The notes beneath the pieces were generated by a model that did not search any database, was not told the DNA's origin, and saw only the letters and a list, made by a program, of their open reading frames with translations. This document shows, one piece after another, positions 25,902 through 40,300 of a DNA stretch of 64,000 nucleotides (its first letter is position 1; the number at the start of each line of letters is the position of its first letter). The stretch is from positions 186,001 through 250,000 of the forward strand of contig LSRY02000001.1 of the NCBI GenBank assembly GCA_001643675.2, read 5' to 3'. The position numbers and the translations under genes are program-made. Source of the DNA: Monocercomonoides exilis PA203 (lineage: Eukaryota > Protista > Preaxostyla).

Positions 25902-28900
25902 ATGGTACTTTCAACATGTTTGATGTTGGTTATTTTTTCTTTATTGCTTGCATCTCAATATTCAACAGAAATTAGCAGTTTGACATTAAAAAATTTTGAT
26001 GGATGTTTTATGAAAGTTAATGCAAATTTATTGTTTTTTTCAAAAAGAAAATGCTGATAACATGTTTTTATTCCCTCTTGCCAATTCTTTTGCAAGTTCA
26101 ATACGAAAGTTGTCACAAGGGAAAATAGGAGATTATCTCCTTTATTCATCGCTATATAATATCGTGGAAGATTTGAATAACGAAGGAAAGGGGATTGAAG
26201 GACTTGAATTGAATAAATCAATCCCTGGCAATTTGATTGCTGTTTGTTGTTTTGATTTGTGCTTAATTTTTATTATCATTTCTTTTCTAGTCCGCTTGCG
26301 TTTCAGTTTTAATTTGCGCGATCTTGTGGGCTTTGATAATTATCTTTGGAATTTCTTGGTGCTGCGTAATTGATTGCCCTTGCTGTCAAAAGGAACCTGG
26401 AAAAAAGCCATGCTGCGCATGTTGTTGTTGGGATGATGGCCCATTCACTTTGTGGAAAGTCGCTACTAAAACAATATTTTTTATATCTACTTTTGTTATT
26501 TTGTATGCTAACTATATTTTTTTATCAATATTTATTTATTTTTGTTGTAAAGGTTCGGAACTGTTATATGCTCTTTATGTTATTTTTTCTTGTATAACAG
26601 CATTGCTTCATTTGGATATGATTCAAAGGAAGTGGTTGATGAAATTAATAAATCTATCTCACAGTTTTCTGGTATTGAAAAAGGTTTGAGCTCAATATAT
26701 TATGCGAAAATTCTTTAATTTCACCAAATTGATTTTGTTGTTCGATTTATTTAAACTACAATATCTTAACAGTTTTCGAGCCTTTGACATCTGTTCTTGA
26801 TTCACAGCTTGCACATCTTCAGCATGAGCCATATAATTCATTGAAATGGCATTCGATGTCAAAGACGTTAAATCCATTCACGCACAACACTTGGTACAAA
26901 TGCAATTCGTCTTCTAATATTGGTGAAGAGTGTGCTTTATTTATCTTCATATTGAAATATTTTTAATTTGATGTTTAACTTGTTTCTTCTCATTCTTTTC
27001 AATTCTTCTTTGGATTTTTTTAATTGATCCACATGAAATCGCAATATTTGCAGATACCGTGCTGCTCTTGATGCATTGACAACGGCTGCAGTTCCTGATA
27101 ATTATGATTATCGTTTAGTTCATGATATACGCGATTATATTGATGAAGTTGCAAGACAACAGTTTACTGTGTGCCATAATCGTTGATGCAATTTAATTTG
27201 TCAAAACTTCATCATCATTGTGTTTTTATTTCCCTTTTTTTATTTTTTTCATATTCTTTTCTCTTTGTCTTTCTCTTCTTTTTTTTTCCCATTAAATGAT
27301 GTTTTATTCCTCATTAAAACTGCTATTTTAACCTGAACTCAGTATTCTTACAATGCATCTGGCAGCGGCAACCTATCGATGACTCCAACGACTCCCTCAA
27401 ATCCGTACTACGAACAGCATACCGAAATATCCGAAAAACTCCGTGTTTTTTCGTCATATTTCACAGGGCGCTATTATGAACTGCTTCACAACCTGTTTCT
27501 GCCATACGCTGAGTCCAGACTAGAAAAGCTCTTTGCTGAATTCCCCAATGCCCAAAAGGCTCTTGAAGGTTAGTCTTTTTTATTTGGTGTTGTGCTTATT
27601 CCAGTGATTTTTTTGTGATTATTATTTGTATTCATATTCATTGAAATTTTGTTCTAATTGATTGTGCGAAATTTCTATCATAAAAACTTAACTAAACTAA
27701 ACTAAACTTAATAAATAAAACGCATTGTCTGTATTTTAACCAGACAACAGCGCATTGCAATCACCCTCAAGCTCCCCAGCTGTCATTGAGCGCATCTACC
27801 AGGACATCTTATCCACCATTCCAGACAGCTCTGTCCTGAACAAGACGATCGACGCTGTCCGCTCCTACTGCAGTGTGATGGAGCAGAACGAGAAGCTCAG
27901 AAAATATCTGCGTCTGATCGTCGCCCGCGGGGCCTGCGCCAACACACGCAGCAGCTTCTACCCGTTCTACGGGGATTCCACCGCTGCCTGCGAAGAAGTC
28001 AAAGAAGTCATGTTTCGCAATGTCTCCTTCAGCTCCAGTGGCACCATGTACGCAGCTAACAACACAGGACTCTCATTCTACACAGACAGCCACGAGGAAA
28101 TGGCATCACTGGCAGACGCAAACAGCGTTTTGTACAAGTTCTTCAAAGAAGGCTACATCAACCCGTCCACTTCTGCCATCGGCCGCTTCAAACAATTCGT
28201 TGAAGGCTTTGAACGCAACATGTCTTCCATCAATGCGAACTCCCCTTCTTCCTATTCTTCCCTCTCTGCCCAGTTCGAGTCAGCCATCGATCCCTTTGTG
28301 CAGTCGTTCCAGAGGATGACGTATGCCTCGTGGTGTTTGAAGGGCCTTCCTGACCTCACCCGCATCACACTCCAGTTGATACGAAACAAACTGTCTTATG
28401 CAAGAACAATTGTGAGCGATGTAATCATCGACTATCAGATCGTCTTCGCTGTTGTCCTGATCATCTTCGGCGTTCTTGTCGGCTTGCTCTCTTTCTTCTT
28501 CCTCGCTTTGCTCATATACACCTTCTGCACCCCTTCCAAAATCTGCCTCCGCCGCATCGGCGTGTTCGAAACCATATTCTTCGGCATCTTTGGCATTTTC
28601 CTGCTTATTTTCTGTTTTCCTGGGGTTGCCCTGCACGACGCGTCTGGCCTGCTCTTTGTCGACGGCCCCCAGTTTGCAGAAAGTAGCTCAATGGGCATAT
28701 CACTCAAGGACGTGTTTGTCAGCAGCAACTGGGGAGATTACGAGGACTACGCAGTGTGCGTGGAGAAAGTGTGGCAAGCCACGCTCCCTTCTGAAATCGC
28801 CTCTAATGATGAGCAGCAATTGTTAGCTTATTATGCCGTCTCCCGTCTGAACAACACGGTTGCTGCTTTCCCCTTTCCGCTGTATGAAAGCCTGTGGCCG

Positions 28901-29608
28901 AGCCCGCTGGCGCCGGCAGAGCGGGAAGAGAACGAAGATGATTACGCATACAGATGGTATGTGTATTCACTGAAGCAGCAGCGCTTATATAATGATGAGG
29001 ACAATGATATATACCCAGAGTGCAGGAGAAACCCGGTGACAGGCGAGATGTTTCGGCCACTGCTAATGAGGCAGCCGAGTGCAGCTGGTGTTGATAGAAG
29101 CAAAAGAGGAGCAGAAAGAGGAAGAGGAAGAGAAAGAAGAGGAAGAAGAAGTGGGTTTGGGTTGGGAGGTTTATCGGATGGTTTGGAGGAAAGCAGGAAT
29201 GTTTATTTGAGAAGAAGGAATTCTAATCAGAAGGGCAATAGAAGATTTTTATCTGAAGATTCATCATCATCATCATTATCATCATCATCATCATCATCTT
29301 CTTCTTCTTCTTTCTCTTCTTTCTCTTCTTTCTCTTCTTTCACCTCCGGCAATTCTTCATCTCCTCCCAACCGCAAAGCACAAAATGCAGTAGTGCATGG
29401 ATTACTTACGCGCTTTGAGAACGACAATGTGTATAGCTTTCTGAATGCTTCTTTGCCGGACTATCTCCACCCGATGCTCTGCTTCCCCTATTTTGTGTAC
29501 CGCTTCGAGTCAAATGTCTCCCTCTTTCCACACCACCTGTCGAATTCTCGGGCAGTGGAGTCTTATTCATCTGCTTCGAATTCTGCTTCGAATTCTTCTT
29601 CCTCTTCC

Positions 29609-29640
<32 letters not shown>

Positions 29641-32308
29641 ATCTTCTTCTTCCTCTTCTTCTTCATCTTCTTCATCTTCTTCATCCTCTTCTTCTTCCTC
29701 TTCCTCCTCCTCATCTTTTTCTGAAATCCCTTCATTCCTTTCCAATTCAAAAACACACAAAAAACAGCCTCAAACACCTCATCGTCACCACCATCCTCTG
29801 AACTTATCTCCAAACACACACTCATTCAACACGCACTCTTCATATTCTAAATCATCTTTAGCAAATACTGCTGAAACATCAGCAAGTTATTCTGCTTATG
29901 CTTCTTCTTCTTCTCCTTCTTCTTCTTCTTCTTCTTCCCTCGACTTATCCCAGCTGAGCATCCTCTCCCTAAATCAATCTCTTCTCTCCTCCCTCATCAA
30001 CTACTACCTCACCAACACCTCCGATTCCAACACCACCACCAACCCGCTCTACCAAGCCATCAAAGACTCCCAACAGAAGATTGAGCCTCTCCTCCGCTCG
30101 TTCGCCCAACGGAGCTGCCAGTACAACCCTCTCCTTTCGTGCAATGTTACCCTCAACAGCAGCTTCGCCAGCGCCCTCAACAGAGCCATCGACAAGTGCA
30201 TGGACAACATCGACCGCCTTGCTACGAGTGTGAAGAAGGCTACTGATTATTCCACTGTCTACTCTGCCCTCTCAAAAACCGTCTCTCCCTTTGTGAGTGC
30301 AACAAGGTGGGCGGAGCTGCTGTGGTTCAGCGTGTTTGTGATATTTCTGACGTTGCTGCTGCAGCTGCCGATGTTGGCGTGCGGAGCTGTCCATTGGATC
30401 AAGTACATCCCACGCAGCGAACTCAGATCGGCGCTGAGGAAAAGAGAAAGGGAAGAAGAAGGCGAAGAAGAAGAAGAAGAAGATGATGATGATGATGATG
30501 AAACTTCGAAGTACATTCGTTCGCGGAATAGGAAGTTACAGTCGCGCCGTGCAGTTGGTCATCTTCCTCCAAGAAAAGCGCCCAATGCGCCTGCAAAGAA
30601 GAAGATTCTGATTATAACTTCGCCTCTCTCCTCGCCTTCAACAGCCAGAGGAAGCAATCTGGCCACTTCTGCTTCTTCTTCTGTCCTCATCCCATCGACT
30701 GGCCAGCCAGCAAGAATTATTACCAACAGCAACAGTAATAATAGCATTAACAATAATAACAATAATAATAATAGCACCCTTGCCCAGCTCCAGAGCCAGG
30801 TGCTGCAGATACAGCAGACACAGCTGCAGACTCAGCAGCAGCAGCAGGAAATTGCCGAGCTGCAGCGGACAATCGCACTCACCACAGCACTCAACGCCAC
30901 GCAGCCAGTTGGTGTGCCTCAGCCTGCGCCTCCAATGTACCAGCCGCCTGTGCAGCCCCTCGGTAGCCCTGTGATGAGCCCTGTGATGAGCCCTGCTTTC
31001 AACCGTCCTGTTACAGTTATGCCACCAATGACACAAATGAATCAAATGAATCAGATGAATCAGATGATGCCAGTTATGCCTGTAATGCCGACTCCTCCTC
31101 TCACTTCAGCACCTCAAATGACTCAGATGAATCAAATGCCGATGAATCTCACACAGACAATGCCTCCTCTGATGCACACAGCCTCTTTCTCATCAAGAAC
31201 AGTTGCATCAGCAGCTTCTGCATCATCTTCTCCCCAATTGCCATTATCATCCACATATCCTCCTCCACTCTCTTCGCCTGCCTCTCCACCCACTCCTTAT
31301 TCTCAGCAGACACCGATGATGTCGAGAAGAGCTTTGCTTCCTCAGACACCGCTTACAGCATCTGCAACAACAGCTTCGCTAAACATCAAGCAGAATCCGA
31401 TGGCAGAGTCGTTTGTGGAGAAGATGAAGGTGCTGGGTGTGGTTGGAGATGATGATGATGATGATGATAATGAAGACGATGACGATGATAGCGATGCAAG
31501 TGATGATGAAGATGCAAGTGATATGGATGGTGCTTCAGATAAGAGAGCAAAAGAACAGAATGCAATGGGTGGAAGATGGAGCAGCGAAGAAGAGAAAAAA
31601 GGGAAAGGGAAGAATAATGGACTCGAAGAAAAGAACACAAGCGCTATTAATGAAGATGATAGCGAGGAAGATGCAGATTTTGAGACAGCCAAAAAGAAGA
31701 AAAAGAAGAAAAAGAAAAAGAAGTCATTGAAAAGCTCGCAATCTTTTTCCATTCAAGACAGTGATGATGATGATGATGATGATGATGATATTGAACCCAT
31801 TGAAGCAAGAGGAAAGAAGAAGAAAAAGAAGAAGAAGAAGAAGAAAGGTTCCAAAGAAAACAAAACAAAAACAGTTGAGATGGAAGAGGAAGAATTTGAG
31901 GACAAAGAAGAAGAGCAGAAAGATGATGATGATGATGAAAATATGGATAAAAACTCAGCCGTTTTGCGGGGAGCAGTCAGAATTGACGAGGAACTCAACA
32001 TGTTTGATGAGGTATCATCGCCTGCTGAATCGCTGTTGCTTTCAACGATGAAGTTGAGAAGAAAAGGAGGATTTGAGACGATTGGTGAATCGGGAGCTTC
32101 GGGGAAAGGCAGAAGAGGTGTGGTTGATGGAGAAGGAGATGATGATAATAGCGATGATGATGGCGATGATGATGATGAAGGGAATAAGAGAGCTAGTTAT
32201 ATGGGAGATGGGGAGAATAGGGAGGTGGATGAAGTTGAAGAGCCTGAAAAGAAGAAGAAGAAAAAGAAGAAGAAGAAGAAGAAGAAGGCAATTGAAGAAG
32301 ACGATTGA
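25902..32308 (+). CDS. Multi-exon, multi-pass membrane protein (prominin-like topology) with low-complexity cytoplasmic tail
   Basis: Signal-like start MVLSTCLMLVIFSLLLA; a TM followed by a Cys cluster (WCCVIDCPCC..PCCACCCW); a TM pair near 28440-28630; a last TM near 30310-30390; 1517-aa terminal ORF. The 5' exon structure is uncertain. Confidence 0.55.
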
Positions 32309-33108
32309 AAAAGGGGACTGAGCAATTTTTTTCTGTTTAACATAAAAAGGTTATCACTATGATGTATTATTTATTTCCATTTTTTTGTGTGGATGGAACG
32401 TGTTTTTGATTATTTTGTTTGAAGAAAATAAACCACTATGTCCGACAAATGAGAATTGCAAATTTTTGCTTTTTGCGATTTTTGGGAAAGTAAAAACACA
32501 GATTCAAAACTCTTTTCGAAATTTTTTTTTTTTTCATTTTTTTCTGAAATTTCTTCAATTCACTTCGATTGACGTATTTCAAAATCAATTATTTGTTCTG
32601 TATTTGTAATAGTTCATCGATTTCAATATATTTTATGATAGCTTTAATTTTTATTGAAAAATCTATTTTGTTTCGTTTAAATGCCATTTTGGAGTTTTGA
32701 CTTTGTTTTTTAAATCTTTCGATTCATTCTTCACACGTCGCAATCTGCGTCATATGTCTCAATAGGAATATTCTAATTCACAAAAAGAAACACAGTCTTT
32801 TATTCACTTTATTCGTTTCAATTAATATTTTTTATCTTTTTTCAAAAATAACGAACACAGTCCCATTTGATTTTCTAAAAAAAAATAAAATAATAAGTCA
32901 ATTTTTTTCTTTTTTTTCAAATGCAGTTTGGAGTTCAATAGCTTTGTTAATGATTAACAAATGAAGAAGATATACAAAGATTTTTCATTTTCTCTTAAAG
33001 ATCAACATTTATTCACAGAACCGAAAAAATAAATTGTAAGGAAGTGTATAAAAATATACATCAAAGAAAGGAAGTAGAATGCATAAAATAAAAACAGAGT
33101 TAAAAACT

Positions 33109-36100
33109 TTATTTTGCTGGTTGAGCAGCCAGAGCTTGAAGCTTAGCGAATGTGGCATCGATATCAGCTTGAAGACCGCTCTGGAGTGCTTCACCTCTCT
33201 CCTTCGATTGTTGGAGAAGAGAAGCGAAACGAGTCTCCTGTTTCAACAGTTCAGTAACGGGCTTCTTTGGAGGTGCAGAGTCAAGTGAAAACGGATTCTT
33301 TCCTTCTTTCGCCAACAGCGGGTTGTAACGATACAAAGGCCAATATCCGCATTCAACAGCCAGTTTCTGCTCCTTCATTGAGTTTCCTTGTCCGTTCTTA
33401 AGTCCCCAGTTGATGCATGGGCAAAGAGCAATCACAATTGATGTTCCAGGGAATTGTTCAGCTTCGTGAATTGCTTTCAGCATCTGTTGAGGGTTTGCTC
33501 CTTGTGCAACTTGAGCAACATAGCAGCAGCCAAGGTTGATTGCATACAAGCCAAGATTCTTCTTTGAGGTGTCTTTTCCCGCAGCAGCGAAACGAGCAAC
33601 AGCTGAACGTGGTGTTGACTTTGATTTCTGCCCTCCTGTGTTGGAATACACTTCAGTATCCATCACAAGAATGTTCAGATCAGCTCCCATGTGGAGAACT
33701 TGGTCAAGACCGCCAAAGTCAATATCATAAGCCCATCCATCTCCTCCAAATGTCCAGTAAGACTTCTTTTGGAAGTAGTCGCGACGAGTCCAGATTTCAG
33801 TGAGGATATCGCACTTCGCTCTTTCTTCTGCTGGAATGCGTGCAAGAAGGCTGTGAATTTCTTGCCCGAATTTCTTTGATTTAACGGGGCTGTCATACGA
33901 GTTGATCCATCCGTCCATTGCCTTCTTCATTTCTGCATCGCTCACGCCAGTTGACTCTGGAATGTGGCAGGCTTGTGCTTTCTTCACAAATTCCAACAAT
34001 TGCTCACGCATCATTTGTCCAGCTGTGGCAATACCATAGCCCAATTCAGCTGCATCTTCAAAGAGAGATCCAGTGTAAACTGGGCCAAGTCCTTCTTTTG
34101 AATGTGAGTAGGCGCATGATGGAGAATAACCTCCCCACACCATTGAGCATCCGCAGGCATTGGAAATCATCATTCTCTCTCCGTACAATTGTGTGATCAC
34201 TCTCACAACAGGTGATTCAGCGCATCCTGCACAAGCTGCTGAGAATTCAAAGAGTGGGCGTTTGAATTGAACGGCTTTGACTGTTGGTGCAGGAACAATT
34301 GAAAGCTTGTCGGTTTTCGCTTTCTCTTCAACAATTTCGTCATCATATAACAAGTTCGATCTTTCTGGAAGATCAACAAGATATTCAAAGTCTTTCTGCA
34401 TTTGATCGGTTTCTTCGGTGTGATTTGGTTTCATGGCAAGGCATTGAGCAGGGCATACAGATGCGCACACTCCACATCCAAGGCAATCAGCTGTGCTGAT
34501 CGAGATGGCAAAACGAAGATTCTCTTCGGTTCCAGGAAGTGTTTGTGGAGCTGGATTTGAAGGCTTCAATGTTTTCATTGATGGTGAAACAGATGCTTCT
34601 TTCTCTGTTATGAGGAATGGACGAATGCACGAATGAGGGCATGAATATGAGCAAATGTTGCACTGAACACATTTGGTTTCATCCCAAATAGGAACAGTTG
34701 CAGAGACATTTCTCTTTTCGAATTGTGCTGTTCCAGTTGGAAGAGATCCTCCCAGAAGTGGCATCACATCGCTCACTTTAAGTTCAGCTCCCCTCAAAGC
34801 AAGAATAGGTCCTGCAATCTTCTTGAAGAATTCTGTTCGTTTTGCTGGGAACACTGGAATCTCCTCGAATTCAGATTTGCTCCATTCATCAACTGGATAA
34901 TCAATCTTCACAAGATTTGCAATTGTGCTATCAACACATTTCCAGTTCTTTTCAACAATTTCCATTCCTTTCTTCTCATAAGTCTTCTTGATTGCACCCT
35001 TCTGATACTCAATGGCTTTCTCCATTGGCGTAACCACTTGCGACAAATAGAAGAACACTGTCTGCATAACAATGTTGATTCTTCCAGCAAGTCCAGCCTC
35101 TCTTGCGATCTTTTCAGCATCAATTGTATACATCTGCAATTTCTTCTTTACGATCAGTTGCTTTGCTTGCCCTGGAAGAGCTTCTCCAACTTCGGCTGTG
35201 CTTTTCCATGGTCCATTTAAAACAAACACTCCACCTTCTTTTGCATGTTGAAGCATGTCGTACTTACGAATGTATGAAGGATGATGACAAGCCAAATAAT
35301 CCGCATCCAAAATCTCATATTGAGAAGAGATTGGATCTGGACCAAAACGAATATGAGAAATTGTAACACCTCCACTCTTCTTAGCATCGTAAACGAAGTA
35401 TGCCTGAGAGTAAAGTGGTGTGTGATCACCAATAATTTTAATTGCATCCTTGATTGCTCCAACAGTACCATCAGCACCAAATCCATAGAATAAGGCTTGC
35501 TTCACTCCTGGCAAAGTAACTACAACTTTCTCTTTTGGCATTGGAATTGAAAGATGTGTAACATCATCTTCAAATCCAACAGTGTATTTGTATTTTGGTG
35601 AAGCACTCTCCATGTTGTTATAAACAGCCCAAGCAATTGAAGGTGTGATGTCTCTTCCACCAAGGCCATAGCGACCTCCAGATACTTTCAACTGTCCCAA
35701 TTTTCCTGATTCTTGAAGAGCAGCCAAGCATTCGAGATACAATGGCTCTCCAGCAGCTCCGGGTTCCTTTGTTCTGTCCAGAATTGTAATATGTTTGCAT
35801 GTCTTTGGAATGCATTCCACGAAATGTTCAACAGAGAACGGATGGAACAAATGAACTGCAATTAAACCATACTTCTTCTTTTCTTTAATTTCTGATTGAT
35901 TGACGTATTCCTCAAATGTTTTACAAGAGGTACCCATTGCAACAATAACATATTCAGCATCTGGGGCTCCATAATAATCAAACAAATGATATTGTCGTCC
36001 AGTCAATTTAGCATATTTGTCCATCATTTCCTGCATGATTTTGATAAGGTTAGTGTAGAGCCCATTAGTTCCTTCCAAAAGTGGGAAATATTCATCAGTG

Positions 36101-36849
36101 TTATCAACAAGTCCTCTCATTGTTGGATCGGAGTTTTTCATTGTTTTTGTCTCTCTCCACTTACGAATGGAATCTCTATCCATCATTTCGCTCAAGATTT
36201 CAGTTCCTGGAAGAAGAATCTTTTGCAGCTCATGTGAAACACGGAATCCATCAAAGAAATGAAGAATTGGAATTTGTGCACGAACGGTTGCTGCATGGGC
36301 AATTGCTGCCATATCTGCTGCTTGCTGAACTGAATGAGAGCAGAGAATGCTCCATCCCGTTTGACGTGTTGCCATAACATCTCCATGATCGCAATAAATA
36401 ACCATTGCTTGACCTCCAACGGAACGAGATGCAACATGGAAAACTGCTGGCTGAAGTTCTCCTGCAATTTTGTACATTTCGGGAATCATCAAAAGAAGAC
36501 CCTGTGAGCATGTGAATGTTGAGCAAAGAGCGCCGGAAAGAATTGCTCCGTGAAGTGCACCAGAAACACCTCCTTCTGATTGCATTTGAGTAATTCTAAC
36601 AACATCACCAAAAATATTCTTTTTTCCTGCTGCGCTCAAATCATCTGCTTTTTCTCCCATTGTGGATGCTATTTAATTCGATAAAGAAATGAAGTTTAAA
36701 AAGGAAAATAATAATAAAATACTTAAAAATAAGTTTTCCATACCAGGAGTAATTGGATAAATAAAGCACATGTCGCTCATGCTATAGCCAATAGTTGCAA
36801 CTGCTGCATTTCCATCAGTCACAACAAAACTTTGATTTTCAGAAGACAT
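33109..36849 (-). CDS. PFO: Pyruvate:ferredoxin oxidoreductase
   Basis: DGNAAVA, YPITP|ASTMGE across a 75-bp GT-AG intron (36669-36743), MQSEGG, GRYGLGG, GADGTVGA, two CxxCxxCxxxCP ferredoxin motifs, ACAGC, TPP motif GGDGWAYDIDFGG. Confidence 0.97.
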
Positions 36850-37394
36850 CTTTTTCTGTGTTACCAACAAAATAAGTTGATCAAAAACCTAAATTTCATT
36901 TTGCCAAAAAAAGAATGCTATAGTCTTATGGTACGATCATGAAGCAATAAACAAAATGAAAACAAAATCAAGACATACGGATTGCAAATACTTTTCTATT
37001 TTTGTTTTCCAAACATATTTTTTGTTCCTGAGGAAATAACAAACATCTATCAACCACAAAATAATGTTTTTCATAATGAAATACGATGAGTTTGATAAAC
37101 AGTATAAAAAATACACAATTTATTAAATATTTTTATTCTCGAAATTTTAGAAACAAATTTGCACTTTCATTGAAAACTTTAAAAACCTAAAAAATAAACT
37201 CTCATCAAGACAAAAAGAAAATTTTTTCAAATTTCAAAGACTTGACAATTGAATGGAAATGTGATCATATGATCTATGCTTATTCTCATTTTTGAAAAAC
37301 ATATCATTTTTTAACATTTTTTTATCCCTTTAATTAAAACTTTCAAATACATATTTTTTGTTATTTTATTTTTTTCAATTTATAGTCATGAGCA

Positions 37395-40300
37395 ATGTTT
37401 ATATTTTATTTGCTTGTAAATTTTACCATTTTCACGAATATGCTTAGCATTGCTGAATGTGCAGAATTGAAATTTGAATCAATCATTCAAAACAATGATT
37501 CATTTTCCCTCGAAAAAATTGCCAAACGTTCAATGATGCAAAATTCTAACAGAGCTTCAAGGAATGAATTCTTTCCTTCAGAGGAAATATGTGTTACATC
37601 TTTTAATGGTTATGATTTCGGATATCGTAATGGAAATTTTTTGAACAATATGAGTTGCCTGCATTCGAAAGTAAGATCTATCAACTCGACTTCAACAATT
37701 ACTGAAATAACCATTTTTGCTAGGCGTGAAACCTCAACAATTTTACAGGATGAATTTTCGTTCATTTCGCTGGAAAATTGCATTGTTTTTGCAAATGAAC
37801 ACAAATTGTGCTGCCCGTTTGTCCAAACTGGAAGCGATTTGCATCTGATAAATATCTCGCTTGCATTTCACAAAGATTCTTTGGAAATGAATTCGTTTGT
37901 CTCTCTAAAAAGTAATTCATCGATTTCACGTCCCTCTGTCTCTGTGCAAATATCAACTTCGTTATTTTCATCTGCAATCATGACATCAACATTTGTTGCG
38001 TCGTCTCTCTTTAAATCAACATTGGAAATGCAATTTTCAACTTTTTATAACATTTCATCAAAGCAAAACGCTTATTACCATGAATTTGCATCACATTTGA
38101 GTTCATATGAAATAAATGGCTGCACGTTTGATCGTGTTTGCGAAATATATGACGGTACAATAATCCCTTCGATCTCTACTGGAGTTCGCTCACTGGCTAA
38201 TTTTAACACAACGCATATTTCATGTTCGCGATGGACAAATAAGCACTACACAAACGAAACACTCAAAAGAATCGTACTGGATCCTGCCGTTGATAAGGAA
38301 TTTGAGTTTGACTCATGCACCTGGAAGGGAATTAAAGGCGATGGACCTGGCCAGTGCATCTTTGCTAAAACAGAAGATGAGACTATCGTTACTCTAGTTG
38401 TTAAAGATTGCTATTTTCTTGATTGTGCAAGCGAAGTTTTATCTGGAGGAGCTATTTTTGTATCTGGAAATGTTAATGTTAAGCTGAAAAATACCACATT
38501 CAATGACATAAAATTTGAAAATATAAACAATTATGCTGAAGTAGCTGCTGGAGCCGTTCATATAATCAGCATATATCCACCGTCAATTAGACAATGTTTG
38601 TTCGTAAATTGCAGTTCAAATGAGGATGCATGCGTAATATTTGAGCACAGCGCGGTAAAGATTCCACAAAGAAAAGCTGACTTGTGTGAAAGTCGCGCAA
38701 TTCTGCGTCAAAATGATTGCTCACAAATTCGTGAAAGAAACATTTTTGCAAATGAAGGCAAAGATAAGAATCGGCAAACAGTTCGGAATATGAAGTCAAG
38801 AGAACACATCGGGGAAGCTGAGCCAATATGCTTTCAAAGCATCTTTATGAGTTGCATCTCAAAAAGAAACGGAGGTGGACTTTTACTGGAGAATGTTGAA
38901 GAATGTGTTCTTGTTTCTGAGTGTGACTTTTCTGGCTGTCAATCCAGATACGGTGAGGCAATTTTGTTCCGTTTTTCAAATATTCGTTTATCTGACAAAA
39001 TAAACCTGTCATCCTATGAATATCCTTATTGCGTTTTTGCAAGTTATTTCGCCATCAATTTTCCATCTAAAAACTTTTCAAACGTTTTAATTCAGAGCCG
39101 TTCCGACTACGACGACGGACTAAGGTTCTTTTCGTTGTGCAAAGCATCTCGAGAGTATGAAAAGGCTGCTGTTCAGGTAATTCCAGATGAGCACGATACG
39201 ATTATCCCTCTTCTCAAATCATTTGATGTTGCACAGCGCGTCATTGTGTTGGATTCTACAGCAAAATTTGATGCCGCATGTGGCTCTTCTGCAAGTCGGC
39301 CTTGTCAGACAGTACATCAAGCTTTGAATCATGTTGCATTGCATGAAAATGTGAAGTTCTCTATTTATCCAAATTCTCAAACAATTGTTGATGAAGTCTG
39401 CACCGTTGATAATATTAATTTGGAGATTGCCGGAAAGCAGGACAGCGTTATGGTTATTAGCAAAGCGAAATCAAAAGGATATTATTCTACGGTTTTTATT
39501 CTTGCGAGCACTGTATTTTCTTTGCGAGAACTGACTGTTTTGTACTCGAAGAGTGCGTTAGGCCGTTATTGTAATGTTTTTTTAGTTGAATATCGACAAG
39601 AGTCTTCGACAATTTTGGCAGATCATGTTCTTTTTAAATGCGAAAGCAAGGATGAAAGAAGTGATATCAACGAAAAACGATCAGATTCTCATGAAAAGGA
39701 CAGCTTCACTGACCCGTCGATCTTGTTTGATTTTTTCACTTTGACAAATTTAACAACATGCACAATCACGGGATGCGAGTTTTCTTACATTCCAGCTGGG
39801 TCAATGCGCAACGTTATTGGTGAATGGGACTTCACAAGAGTCACCGTAATTGATACTCTCTTTTATAGCATCGATTCCCAATCGGACTTTCCTATCTTTG
39901 CCAAATTGTCACTTTATCACAAAAGCTCATTGGAGATGCGAAACGTTACAGCAAACGTAATAAATAGTAACTCAAAGGCTGGAGGCTTTCTTTCGATGAA
40001 TGTGTCGGAGCATAGCGGTATTGGGATCACAAACAGCTCGTTTGTTGCATGTACCGCAACAGAATATGCAGGCGCATTGGATATAAGTGTTGAAAGAGGA
40101 GCATCGCTCGTTTTTAACGAATTATACTTTTTAATTAACGAGGCAAATAAATATCACGACATGATATTATTTGCTAGGTCTTTGTTGGATGTCAACTTCC
40201 AGACGATATTCAGCTTTGTTGACAAAACCATCGATGGATCCAAAATAGGATGTTTTGATAGTCTGTACTATCAGAAAGGCATAAGCGTGGAAGAATTGCT

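Noticed and set aside
33109-36849. Bacterial contamination suggested by PFO, Dam-like MTase and IS1595-like transposase
   Set aside because: PFO has a clear spliceosomal intron, the MTase has predicted ones, both sit among eukaryotic genes, and Merlin is the eukaryotic IS1595 relative.
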